From the NCBI GenBank assembly GCA_963778945.1, contig CAVZWL010000009.1:135968-199967 (forward strand): a stretch of 64,000 nt of DNA. Direction: 5' to 3'. Made by a program: the position numbers and the translations under genes. This stretch comes from Ignavibacteriota bacterium (lineage in GTDB: Bacteria; Bacteroidota; Ignavibacteria; UBA10030). Below the pieces are notes generated by a model, which saw only the letters and a program-made list of their open reading frames with translations, was not told the DNA's origin and did no database searches. The number at the start of each line of letters is the position of its first letter. The first letter of the stretch is position 1. Of this stretch, positions 35,867 through 47,325 are shown one piece after another.

Positions 35867-36163
35867 ATGCCGGTCACCATACACGATGTTGAACATATAG
35901 CACAGTTGGCGCATCTCGAATTTTCCCCCGATGAAAAACAAAAACTCATGCAGGAAATGAATCAGATACTCGAGTATATGGAACAGCTCAATAAACTCGA
36001 TACGGATTCCGTAGAACCGCTTTCGCATGTTATCGATTTGAAGAACGTTTTCCGTGAAGATGCCGCAAAGCCGGGTCTGCCGGCCGGGGATGCATTGAAA
36101 AATGCTCCTTCGAAAACGGATGAATTCTTTAGAGTGCCGAAAGTTATCGGAGAGAAAGAATGA
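35867..36163 (+). CDS. gatC: Asp-tRNA(Asn)/Glu-tRNA(Gln) amidotransferase subunit C
   Basis: 98 aa. VEHIAQLAHLEFSPDEKQKL...LDTDSVEPLSHV...FREDAAKP is typical of GatC. Confidence 0.85.
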   Translation: MPVTIHDVEHIAQLAHLEFSPDEKQKLMQEMNQILEYMEQLNKLDTDSVEPLSHVIDLKNVFREDAAKPGLPAGDALKNAPSKTDEFFRVPKVIGEKE

Positions 36164-36924
36164 TGTCTGCAAAACAGCTTGTCATAGGGGTCATTCCTGC
36201 ACGGTATGCGTCTCAACGGCTTCCGGCAAAACCGCTTGTGGATTTGCTGGGAAAAACGATGATCCAGCGCGTTTATGAACAGGCGAAAAAAGCTTCCCTG
36301 CTGGACCGAGTCCTCGTTGCGACCGATGACGAGCGTATTGCAAATGTTGTCCGTGGTTTCGGCGGCGAAGCCGTGCTGACCTCGCCGGCTCTACAGAGCG
36401 GGAGCGACCGCGTTGCAGCCGCAGCAGATCTGGCCGGAGGAGATATTATCGTAAATGTGCAGGGAGACGAGCCATTGATAGACCCGCACATGATCGACCA
36501 GGCAATCCAGCTTCTCCTGGACGATCCGTCGGTTTCGATGGGAACATTGGCAAAGCAAATCCATCTCTCGCAAGAACTTTTAAATCCAGCGGTTGTAAAA
36601 GTAATATTTAATCGCAGCATGGAAGCTCTCTATTTTTCCCGTGCAATTATTCCGTTCGTACGGGATCAGAAAGATGCCCTTCGGTGGTTGGAGGAGCATA
36701 CGTTCTTTAAGCATATAGGCCTCTACGTCTATCGGAGAGAATTTCTTGCACTCTATTCACGCTTGCCGGAAGGAGTCTTGGAGCGCGCAGAACGCCTGGA
36801 GCAGTTGAGGGTCTTAGAAAACGGCTATCGGATTAAAATCGGCATTACGGAATATGATAGCATTCCGATCGATACCAAAGACGATGTAACGCGCGTTATC
36901 GCTTTGCTGCAGTCCAAAATTTGA
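36160..36924 (+). CDS. kdsB: 3-deoxy-manno-octulosonate cytidylyltransferase
   Basis: VIPARYASQRLPAKPL and NVQGDEPLI motifs. ATGA overlap with gatC. Confidence 0.88.
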   Translation: MMSAKQLVIGVIPARYASQRLPAKPLVDLLGKTMIQRVYEQAKKASLLDRVLVATDDERIANVVRGFGGEAVLTSPALQSGSDRVAAAADLAGGDIIVNVQGDEPLIDPHMIDQAIQLLLDDPSVSMGTLAKQIHLSQELLNPAVVKVIFNRSMEALYFSRAIIPFVRDQKDALRWLEEHTFFKHIGLYVYRREFLALYSRLPEGVLERAERLEQLRVLENGYRIKIGITEYDSIPIDTKDDVTRVIALLQSKI

Positions 36925-38578
<1,654 letters not shown>

Positions 38579-38605
38579 GAGGCCGGATAGTTAAAAGGAT
38601 AATTT

Positions 38606-39514
38606 ATGGAACTCTATCGAAGATTCGCTCTTTTGGCATTAATCGCTGCCCAAAGTCTTATTATCGCCGCATGTGTGCCGGCTGTTCAGCAGCAAATCAC
38701 AGCGGACGAGTATTTTCCTCCTGTCGGAAGAAGCGAGACCGCCGACACTCTTGCTGCAGGAATCGGCCGCCGGTTGTTCTGAAACATTCTTTCAGATTGA
38801 ACAAGCCGGAAACGGTTCAGGATTTGGCGGAATTGATCCGCCAGCAGAATGCCAGGCTGGATGAAGTGCTCAATCAAATTACGGTCCTTGCAGTCCGGCA
38901 GGATACTAAAATGAACGAAGCGGAACAAAATCCGAAAAAAAAGACCGTCCTCGATTCGATGATGAACAATAACGATCGTGTGACTGTCGATCTGCTGATG
39001 GAAATGATTAAAGAGCAGAATCAGCGGCTGAACGAAGTCATAGCTCAATTGAAATCACTGGCTTTGAATCAAAACTCTGCACTGCCGCAGCGCTTCGGCA
39101 GTTCCCTGTCTGTTCCGATGCGCGTAACACATAAGGAACCGCCGGCTTTGACGTTATGAGGAAGCGATACGTTTATATGAATCGAATAGATATAAAAAGG
39201 CAAAACAGGCATTTCAGGCGCTGCGCGACGGCGGGGAAAAAGCAGGTCTTGCAGATCATTGCTGTTTCTGGATCGGTGTATGTGATTTTCAGTTGAACCG
39301 CGTTAAGGATGCTTTGCACGAATTTCAAAATGTTTTTCAGTATGAAGGATCGGAAAAAATTGCCGGAACATATTTCATGATCGGGCAATGCTATGAACGC
39401 CTCGGACAGAAGAAACAAGCCGCAGAGATATTCCGGAAATTTCTCAGCTTATATCCGAATTCTTATCTCAAATCTATTACTCAGCAAAAATTGCTTGCTT
39501 TGCAAGAGAGATAG
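38606..39514 (+). CDS. lipoprotein with duplicated coiled-coil segment and C-terminal TPR (YbgF/CpoB-like, tentative), two frame changes (near 38770 and 39150)
   Basis: Lipobox LIIAAC. Duplicated motif QQNARLDEVLNQI / EQNQRLNEVIAQL. TPR tail YFMIGQCYERLGQKKQAAEIFRKFLSLYPNS. Confidence 0.4.
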
Positions 39515-39558
39515 GGCTGCTGCAGAATCCCGAATTGCTTGATTCGGGATTCTGTAGA

Positions 39559-40065
39559 TCAAATCTTTTTCCTGCGTACCGGTTTTTTTGGGAGCACACG
39601 TTTGCGTCTTGGTGCCGGCTCAACTTCCGTGTTTTGTGGAACCGGTTCGGCTTGATGCTCGTCTTCAGGCGGAAACGGATTCTTTGGAATAGGAATTTCT
39701 TTTTGTGCTTGCTGCAGCGCTGAAAATTCTTTTTTCAATCGCGTATAGACAACAAACATTACAATTAAAGCAACGGCAAGAAGTGCAATAAAGATGTACA
39801 ACAGCAAAAACTGTGCATCGATCTGCGACAGGGATTGTGCAATGGAAATTTGCATTTCTTTGTGCTTACGCGCAAAAAGAACAAACTGACTGTCGTGTGA
39901 CGCGAGGATACTGTCGTATTGAATAAACGGAGAAGACGTTTTTGCGGGAACTATGTACACCGGAATCGGCGGTTCCTTTTCGCGGATTGCATCCTGTCCG
40001 TAGAGTGATATCCATGCACCTGTAAAAGTGATAAGTATCAAAATGCGTTTGTAGAAATGTTTCAT
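39559..40065 (-). CDS. hypothetical membrane protein with basic/Pro-rich C-terminus
   Basis: 168 aa with signal-like N-terminus, one central TM helix and no recognisable motif. Confidence 0.4.
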   Translation of the reverse strand: MKHFYKRILILITFTGAWISLYGQDAIREKEPPIPVYIVPAKTSSPFIQYDSILASHDSQFVLFARKHKEMQISIAQSLSQIDAQFLLLYIFIALLAVALIVMFVVYTRLKKEFSALQQAQKEIPIPKNPFPPEDEHQAEPVPQNTEVEPAPRRKRVLPKKPVRRKKI

Positions 40066-40236
40066 CGTGCTGCCTCTCCTTCTCTGATTTAAGTGAAATC
40101 ATGAATGAATAAAAATAGAGAGACCCTTCGTGAAAGTCAATGAAAAATGACTGGGAATCGTTGAATTTGCATCTCTCTTTGCCTATCTTTTTGAATTCCA
40201 TTGCCATTGCGAGGCCTGAACATCTAAAAAGAGAAT

Positions 40237-42427
40237 ATGCTCGACAGAACAGGAACCGTACATACTCCGCTTCAGTATATCAAAGGGGTTGGGCCTAAAC
40301 GCGCCGCAGCTCTCGAAGAGATTGGAATACACGAGGTGTCGGATCTCTTTTACTATTATCCGCGGGGATATTTGGATAGAAGCCAGATTGTGCGTATTTC
40401 CGACCTTCGATCCGGCCTTGCAAAAACCGAACCGGTGACGATCATCGCGGAAGTTTTTCGCCAGGAGGCCCGGAGAGTGCGCAAATCGAACCGGCTTCTC
40501 TTTTTGCTGAGCGTGAAAGATGAAAGCGGCATTCTGACCTGCGTATGGTTCGAAGGATACCAATGGTATAAAGATGCATTTGAAATCGGCGAGCTGCTCG
40601 CCCTTTCCGCTGTTCCGACGCTCGATAAAATGGGACGACCGCAATTTGTCCATCCTCAATTCGACCGCCTGAAGAGTGTGGAAGAAGATGAGCCCGATTG
40701 GGGAAAACTGTTTAATACCGGAGGCATCATACCGAAATATCGGTCGGGAGCGGTTTTGGAGAAGGCGGGACTCGACAGCCGGGGATTCCGCCGCATCATA
40801 CGTAATGCGCTGAAGACGCACATCGATACGATTACGGAAACGCTTCCTGAAAAAATTCAGCAGAAACATGATCTCTCGCCCCTCAGGGATGCCGTACAGG
40901 CAATTCATTTTCCTGAATCTTTTCAGGAACTGGAACGTGCCCGTATGCGGCTAAAATTCGAAGAACTATTTTTTTTGCAGTTGATCCTGGCGATACGCAA
41001 AAATATTTCACGTCAGGAAGTCCGCGGCTTTCATTATGATGCGCCATGCCTGCTCTCTCATCGCCTCATCGAGTCGCTTCCTTTCAAGCTGACCGATGCG
41101 CAGAAGCGTGTGTGGAAAGAAATCGAGAAGGATTTTCAGTCCGTCTCTCCTATGAATCGTCTCCTGCAGGGAGATGTAGGGAGCGGGAAAACGATTATTG
41201 CCTTGTTTGCGGCATTTCAGGGCTATTGAGAACGGGCTGCAGGTGGCTTTTATGGCGCCGACGGAAATATTAGCGGAACAGCATTATCAAACAATCGTGC
41301 AATTTCTGCAGAAGATGCCGGTGAATGTCCGGCTGCTTATCGGCGGCCAGCGCAAAAAATTGCGCGAAGATATTCTGGAGGATATACGGACAGGCAGCAC
41401 GCAGCTTGTTATCGGTACGCATGCACTCGTCGAAGGCAAAGTTGAATTTGCCCGGCTCGGACTGGTTATCGTCGACGAACAGCACCGCTTCGGCGTGATG
41501 CAGCGTGCAGAACTTCGCGGAAAGGGAATCAATCCGGACGTGCTCGTGATGACCGCTACTCCCATACCGCGAACGCTTGCGATGACATTGTACGGAGACC
41601 TCGAAGTGTCGGTCATCGATGAGCTTCCAGCAAGCCGGATACCGATCAGGACCGGATTGCGGACGGAAAAGGAAAAACCGAAGGTGTTCGATTTCATCAA
41701 ACAGGAAATCCGAAAAGGAAGGCAGGCATATATTGTTTTCCCGTTGGTTGAAGAATCGGAAAAGATAGATTTGAAAGCGGCGATACAGGAATACGAATAT
41801 CTTCAGAAGGAGATTTTTCCGGAATTCAAACTGGGACTGCTCCACGGACGCATGAAAACCGAGGAAAAGGATGCCGTCATGCAGAAGTTCAAGAAGAACG
41901 AATACCAGATTCTCGTAGCGACTACCGTTATTGAAGTCGGCATCGATATCCCTAATGCTACGATTATGCTCGTCGAAAACGCGGAACGTTTCGGCCTTTC
42001 GCAGCTGCATCAATTAAGAGGAAGAGTGGGACGAGGTGCGGAACAATCGTATTGTATTCTTATCGCGAATTACGGATGGTACGAAAAACCGCAGAGAGGC
42101 CGCACAGGTCAGGATGTCACAGAGGATAAAGCGCTGGCCGCAAGACGGCTCGAGACCATGGCTGCAACCACGGACGGATTTAAAATTGCGGAAGTCGATT
42201 TGCAGCTGCGGGGACCCGGAGAGTTTTTCGGAACACGGCAGAGCGGCATTCCCGAACTGAGGATTGCCGATTTGGCGAAGGATGCGGAAATCGTTTCAGC
42301 AGCACGCAAGGAAGCTTTTGCATTGATTCAGGACGATCCCCAGTTGAGACATCCCGGCAATGCATGCGTGCGGAATCAGTTTGAAATGAAATTCAAATCA
42401 GTGCTGGAATTAGGAAAAATAGGATAA
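40237..42427 (+). CDS. recG: ATP-dependent DNA helicase RecG, frame change at the GGG run near 41218-41220 (fragments 40237-41229 and 41198-42427)
   Basis: Wedge domain N-terminus, Walker A GDVGSGKT, DEQHRFG, TATPIPRTL and QLHQLRGRVGRG motifs. Confidence 0.9.
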
Positions 42428-42444
42428 AAAGAGGTATTTACTCA

Positions 42445-42596
42445 ACATGTTCTTGATGTTCAAGATTTTCACTGTAGCCGCGGGCGGTGACCGCGGAGGG
42501 TTCCCGACGTCACCCGCCTGAATGACTGAGTCATCAGTCGGGCAGGGCGCCGTCGGCTACAAAAACAACGGTACATTAAAATACACTGGGAGTTAC
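42445..42596 (+). repeat. copy B of the ~155-nt conserved intergenic element
   Basis: See copy A. Carries an extra inner hairpin cccgcctgaatgactgagtcatcagtcgggcaggg that is also found in the tRNA pseudo-copy at 46578-46611. Confidence 0.55.
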
Positions 42597-42601
42597 AAAT
42601 A

Positions 42602-43234
42602 GTGAAGGATAAAATAATGCCCGAAAATGAAAAACATTTAGAGGAACATGTGCTGGTCGTTCCGAGAGCTTTGCTGGAAAAAGCGGGAATGTTTCAAGGA
42701 CTGCAATACAAAATGGAAGGATATTCGGATATTCTGACTGATCCGAAACATCATTCCTTCCGGCGCCGGAAGGAAGTGGAAACGGATCCGTCATGGAAAC
42801 AAATTATTCCGTACGCAATTCTCAAATGCAAAGACGAAGTGTTCGTCTATCGGCGCGGAAAATTCGAGGGAGAAAAACGACTCTACGGTAATTATTCGCT
42901 CGGAGTGGGAGGACATATATCGATATCCGATGCGAATCTTCTCGGCATCACGTACGAAGAAGGGCTGCTCCGTGAAGTGAACGAAGAGGTAACGATTGGA
43001 TCGGCGTATACAATAAGATTGGCAGCATTGCTCAACGACGATTCAAATGAGGTCGGCAAAGGTGCATCTGGGGGTTGTGCATGTATTCGATCTGGAACGT
43101 CCGGCCATAACTTCAAACGAGCCGTCGCTTGTGGAAACATGTTTCATGAAACCGGCAGAACTCGCGCGAAAATCGATCAATTTGAGAACTGGTCGAAAAT
43201 ATGCATCGAACATATCGAGAAACTCATCTTTTAA
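42602..43234 (+). CDS. NUDIX-like predicted phosphoesterase (COG4112-like, tentative), two frame changes near 43050-43190
   Basis: WKQIIPYAILKCKDEVFVYRR...GVGGHI...GLLREVNEEV resembles a Nudix box. The middle segment VHLGVVHVFDLE lies in another frame. Confidence 0.4.
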   Translation: MKDKIMPENEKHLEEHVLVVPRALLEKAGMFQGLQYKMEGYSDILTDPKHHSFRRRKEVETDPSWKQIIPYAILKCKDEVFVYRRGKFEGEKRLYGNYSLGVGGHISISDANLLGITYEEGLLREVNEEVTIGSAYTIRLAALLNDDSNEVGKGASGGCACIRSGTSGHNFKRAVACGNMFHETGRTRAKIDQFENWSKICIEHIEKLIF

Positions 43235-43275
43235 GTCATAAATTCCAAATCTGCGGATTTGCCAGCAATCGTGGA

Positions 43276-43513
43276 AGTTCTTAGTTCGTCGTTCTTGGTT
43301 CGTTGTTCTTAGTTCGTAGAGCATTCAAAGTGCTGCGGTTAAGAAGTTATTTCGTTCGTGGTTATTAGCGCGTAGTTCTTGGTTCTTGGTTCGTAGTTCT
43401 TAGTGCTTTTTACTATTCACCATTTACTATTCACTGTTTACTATTTACTTTTCACAGTTCGCAGTTCGCAGTTTACCATTTACAATTCACCATTCACTAT
43501 TCACCATTTCTTC
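43276..43513 (+). repeat. longest heptamer-periodic tract; 43409-43513 is 15 consecutive in-register TTYRCNN heptamers
   Basis: Reads tttacta ttcacca tttacta ttcactg tttacta tttactt ttcacag ttcgcag ttcgcag tttacca tttacaa ttcacca ttcacta ttcacca tttcttc. Confidence 0.8.
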
Positions 43514-43545
43514 CGTATATTGAAGCATGAACAAGGAGAAAATGA

Positions 43546-44580
43546 TTGGAAAATAAGAAAAGCGATTGGGTGCCGACAAATCCAAGATATGACCCGGAAA
43601 AGCCGATGCAGGTCGGCGGTCAGGCGGTTATCGAAGGCGTGATGATGCGTTCGGCAAACGGGATTGCGACCGCAGTTCGGAGAGCCAACGGTGATATTGT
43701 TGTGCAAAAAAAAGAGCATAGAGCGATTACAGAGCGTTCACCATTGCTTGCGCTGCCGATTATCCGCGGCGCTGTCGGCTTGATAGACATGATGTATCTC
43801 GGCATTAAAACCTTGAACTGGTCTGCCGAAATTGCGATGATCGATGAAGAAATGAAGACAAAGGGTTCGGTGTCGCCCTCAAAAAAGAAAAAAGGGGAAG
43901 CTACTCTTGTAACTGCTTTGACTCTTATTGTCGCTCTTCTTCTGGGTATCGGGTTGTTTTTTGCGCTTCCTTTATTTGTCGCTTCAAGACTTTTCGCCGT
44001 GGAACAGACGGCGCTGGCATTCAATCTTGTCGCTGGCGGTATAAGAATGAGTCTATTGCTGGTATATATGTTTGCCATTTCTATGCTGGAGGATGTTAAG
44101 CGGCTGTTTCGCTATCATGGAGCCGAGCATAAATCTGTCTTTGCTTTTGAATTGAAATCTGAACTCATTCCCGGAAAGGTAAAGGAATTCAGCCGCTTTC
44201 ATCCGCGGTGCGGAACGAGTTTTCTTTTGATTGTCGTATTTGTCGCTATTTTATCGTTTTCTCTTATCGATGCTGTTTGGCTGACATTTATCGGGCCCAT
44301 CACGCTTGCCACGCGTCTATTCGTGCATCTGCCGTTTGTTCCCGTTGTCGGCGGGCTGGCATACGAAATGATCCGATTTTCCGCAAAACACAGCAGCTCG
44401 CGGTGGGGGAAAATCGTTATAGCTCCGGGATTATGGCTTCAAAAAATAACGACGAAAGAACCCGATGAGGCGCAAATTGAGGTCGCCATTGTGGCTCTTC
44501 GATGCGCATTGGGAGATCTGGATGCTTCTGCCTATACATTCAAAGAAACTGTAAGCGACGGGACACCTGTGAACGCGTGA
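43546..44580 (+). CDS. DUF1385 domain-containing membrane protein
   Basis: [16 protein letters not shown]-terminus, HGAEHK and HPRCGTSF motifs. Positioned just upstream of prfA, as in many bacteria. Confidence 0.8.
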   Translation: MENKKSDWVPTNPRYDPEKPMQVGGQAVIEGVMMRSANGIATAVRRANGDIVVQKKEHRAITERSPLLALPIIRGAVGLIDMMYLGIKTLNWSAEIAMIDEEMKTKGSVSPSKKKKGEATLVTALTLIVALLLGIGLFFALPLFVASRLFAVEQTALAFNLVAGGIRMSLLLVYMFAISMLEDVKRLFRYHGAEHKSVFAFELKSELIPGKVKEFSRFHPRCGTSFLLIVVFVAILSFSLIDAVWLTFIGPITLATRLFVHLPFVPVVGGLAYEMIRFSAKHSSSRWGKIVIAPGLWLQKITTKEPDEAQIEVAIVALRCALGDLDASAYTFKETVSDGTPVNA

Positions 44581-44584
44581 ATAT

Positions 44585-45655
44585 ATGATCGATAAACTGG
44601 CAAAAATATTCCATCGGTATGAAGAAGTAAGCCGGCTCATGAGCGATCCGGCAGTCGCATCGGATCAGCAAAAAAGCAAAGAGCTGGGAAAAGAGCTGCG
44701 CTCGCTCGAACAGATTGTAAAGACAGGCCGTTTGTACACGAAAGTTTTCAACGATTTGAACGGGAGCAAAGAATTGCTCGATACCGCAAACGATCCGGAG
44801 ATAAAAACGCTCGCGCTGGAAGAATATGAATTGCTGAAAAAAGAAGCTGTCCGTCTCGAAGATGATTTGAAATATCTTTTAGTCCCGCAGGATCCGAATG
44901 ATACGAAGAATTTTATTATGGAAATCCGGGCAGGCACGGGGGGAGAGGAAGCAGCGCTTTTTGCTTCCGATTTGTATCGCATGTATACACGATATGCGGA
45001 GCGGAAAGGCTGGAAAGCCGAACTCATGGACTGGAACGAAACAGGCAAAGGAGGATTTAAGGAAGTGGTCTTTGCAGTTTCCGGCGAGGGAGCATACGGT
45101 ACCATGAAATATGAAAGCGGTGTGCATCGTGTCCAGCGTGTGCCGGAAACGGAAGCTCAAGGCCGGGTTCATACATCTGCAGCCACAGTCGTCGTGCTGC
45201 CGGAAGTGGAAGAAGTTGAGGTAGAAATCAATCCCGCCGATTTGCAGTTCGACACGTACCGTTCAGGCGGCAAGGGAGGACAGAACGTCAATAAGGTTGA
45301 AACTGCAGTGCGTATAACGCACAGGCCAAGCGGGATTATCGTCGCATGCCAGCAGGAACGTTCTCAGTTTCAGAATAAGGAACGTGCGATGAAAATGCTG
45401 CGTGCGAAATTGTACGAGGTCAAGCTGGAAGCACAAAATAGTGAAGTCGCTGCACAGAGGAAGTCCATGGTAAAATCGGGAGATCGCAGCGATAAAATCC
45501 GTACGTATAATTTTCCGCAAAACCGCCTGACCGATCACCGCATCGGATTTACAATTTACAGTCTGGATCGAGTGATTGATGGGGATCTGGATGGATTGAT
45601 TGAACAGCTCCGGATTGCGGAAAGAGCGGAAAAACTTCAGAATACTGCAGTATAA
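44585..45655 (+). CDS. prfA: peptide chain release factor 1
   Basis: 356 aa, intact. PET tripeptide context (RVPETE), GGQ motif ([20 protein letters not shown]), and [21 protein letters not shown]. Confidence 0.93.
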   Translation: MIDKLAKIFHRYEEVSRLMSDPAVASDQQKSKELGKELRSLEQIVKTGRLYTKVFNDLNGSKELLDTANDPEIKTLALEEYELLKKEAVRLEDDLKYLLVPQDPNDTKNFIMEIRAGTGGEEAALFASDLYRMYTRYAERKGWKAELMDWNETGKGGFKEVVFAVSGEGAYGTMKYESGVHRVQRVPETEAQGRVHTSAATVVVLPEVEEVEVEINPADLQFDTYRSGGKGGQNVNKVETAVRITHRPSGIIVACQQERSQFQNKERAMKMLRAKLYEVKLEAQNSEVAAQRKSMVKSGDRSDKIRTYNFPQNRLTDHRIGFTIYSLDRVIDGDLDGLIEQLRIAERAEKLQNTAV

Positions 45656-45721
45656 TATACCTTCCGATATCTGCGTGGGAGTCGATCGGGAAGATTATCG
45701 ATCATGACAGCCATGACGGTT

Positions 45722-46186
45722 TCAAGAATTTTCTTTTCTCTTTTCTTTAAAAAAACTCTTCAATAATGCTTCGCATTGCACATCTAAAACTCCGCTGACG
45801 ACATGCGGATGATGATTCAAGCGTTTATCGGCGGGAAGATTGAAGAGCGTTCCACAAGCACCTGCTTTCGGGTCGAATGTGCCGAAAACAAGCGTCGGAA
45901 TACGCGCTAAAACGATGGCCCCTGCACACATCGGACACGGCTCCAGTGTCACATACAAAGTGCATTCTTCAAGCCGGCGTGACTGCAGATGCGAAGCTGC
46001 GGCGGTAATTGCGATCATCTCTGCATGGGCAGTCGGATCCTGCAGTTTTTCGATCTGATTGAATCCCTTGGCGATAATCGTATTCTGATGGATGATCAAA
46101 GCCCCCACAGGGACTTCGTTCAACTCGTAAGCTCGCTCCGCCTCTTTAAGAGCCAATTGCATCCAATTTTCATGTTGTGTAGGCAT
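45722..46186 (-). CDS. tadA: tRNA adenosine(34) deaminase
   Basis: HAEMIAI and PCPMCAGA zinc-binding motifs. 154 aa. Confidence 0.9.
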   Translation of the reverse strand: MPTQHENWMQLALKEAERAYELNEVPVGALIIHQNTIIAKGFNQIEKLQDPTAHAEMIAITAAASHLQSRRLEECTLYVTLEPCPMCAGAIVLARIPTLVFGTFDPKAGACGTLFNLPADKRLNHHPHVVSGVLDVQCEALLKSFFKEKRKENS

Positions 46187-46203
46187 GATGATTTAAGAAT
46201 ATA

Positions 46204-46296
46204 GAATGAAGAATGCAGAATTAAGGAAACGGAATTCAGAAGAATAATATTCTCATTCTTCACTCTTAAATCTTCATTCTTAATTTTGTTTGGTGC
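46204..46296. repeat. GAATGAA-type heptamer tract with inverted arms (aagaatatagaatgaagaatgcagaatt ... attctcattcttcactcttaaatcttcattctt)
   Basis: Read directly. This is the complement form of the TTC-N4 heptamers. Confidence 0.65.
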
Positions 46297-46441
46297 ACCC
46301 AGAGAGCCGGAGGCCTGAGAATGAAATCACGCGATAGCGTGAATCAAATCGGGAAAAGGTCAACAAAGGAAATAAAAAATTATTGAACCCTAAAATTCTG
46401 CCTTCTGCCTTCTAACTTCATACTTCTTACTTCTGTTCTTG

Positions 46442-46515
46442 TGCACCCAGGGGGACTCGAACCCCCAACCCTCAGATTCGAAGTCTGATGCTCTATCCAA
46501 TTGAGCTATGGGTGC
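46442..46515 (-). tRNA. tRNA-Arg (anticodon TCG), CCA not encoded
   Basis: Reverse complement is GCACCCATAGCTCAATTGGATAGAGCATCAGACTTCGAATCTGAGGGTTGGGGGTTCGAGTCCCCCTGGGTGCA. It folds as a cloverleaf with anticodon arm TCAGA-CTTCGAA-TCTGA. Confidence 0.9.
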
Positions 46516-46560
46516 ATGTGTAAATATTAAAAGAACCGTTTTGTTTATTAATAATTTTTT

Positions 46561-46668
46561 TGTATCCAGGGGGAGTCCCCGCCTGCGTGACTGCGTCAGC
46601 AGTCGGGCAGGGAACCCCCAACCCTCAGATTCGAAGTCTGATGCTCTATCCAATTGAGCTATGGGTGC
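46561..46668 (-). pseudogene. tRNA-Arg(TCG) pseudo-copy: first 58 nt identical to the intact gene (through TTC of the T-loop), 34-nt palindromic insertion in the T-loop (46578-46611), degenerate acceptor 3' strand
   Basis: Direct alignment with 46442-46515. The acceptor 3' strand TGGATAC no longer pairs with GCACCCA. Confidence 0.75.
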
Positions 46669-46735
46669 TTATAGAATTCAGAATAAAGAATGAAGAATAC
46701 AGAATGAAAAATAAAGATTTATTCTGGCTCCCGTC

Positions 46736-47000
46736 TTCACAATGTAACCAATTTGGTAACCACTGCAATCATTAAAAACGTCCAGCGAAATGGGCTTCCG
46801 GTTCCTGAACACTTGGCGTTTAATCTTACGAGAAAATTCTTTGTCTACCCGGAAGCGAATATCATTAATTCCTTTCATAAATTACGAAAGAATGTGAATG
46901 AAGACAAGATGTTTATTCAGACAGTTTCGATTGTTAATACAAATATACCATCGCCTGCAACCTAAACAATTACATTCAGAAAAAGGCAAAATATCATTGA
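46736..47000 (+). repeat. island-boundary module, copy 1 (ttcacaatgtaaccaatttggtaaccactgcaat ... cctttcataaattacgaaagaatgtgaatgaagacaagatgttt)
   Basis: Clearly homologous to 48843-49035 (which has a ~75-nt internal deletion). More distantly similar to 62965-63130. Confidence 0.65.
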
Positions 47001-47325
47001 ATATTTTGCTTTGATCACTATTCGTGAGATATTATACTGTGAAGATAGAAACAAAGAACAAATGGTAAGAAAAATTTCAATTTATTGAATATCAATAGAA
47101 CATGGACGATGAAATACGAACGTAAAGCATTGTTTAATTTTGTCGTTGAACGAATTCGTTAACCATGCATTGATTTTGATCTGTATTTTGCTATTTTAAT
47201 CTATATCACTGAAATGAAATAAGTTTTTTTATAATTCAATTTGACGTGGTAATTTGAATTAGAAGCGTAGTTAATTCAATTTGGCTCTCATAAACGAAGA
47301 ATACAGAACCACCAGGATAATTTCT

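Noticed and set aside
43403-43642. 79-aa ORF MLFTIHHLLFTVYYLLFTVRSSQFTIYNSPFTIHHF...
   Set aside because: It is a translation of the heptamer tract, which explains the periodic peptide. It overlaps the start of the DUF1385 gene in another frame.
44585-45655. Programmed +1 frameshift in a release-factor gene.
   Set aside because: This gene is RF1 (RVPETE context, i.e. the PxT-type tripeptide), not RF2. The ORF is intact and needs no frameshift.
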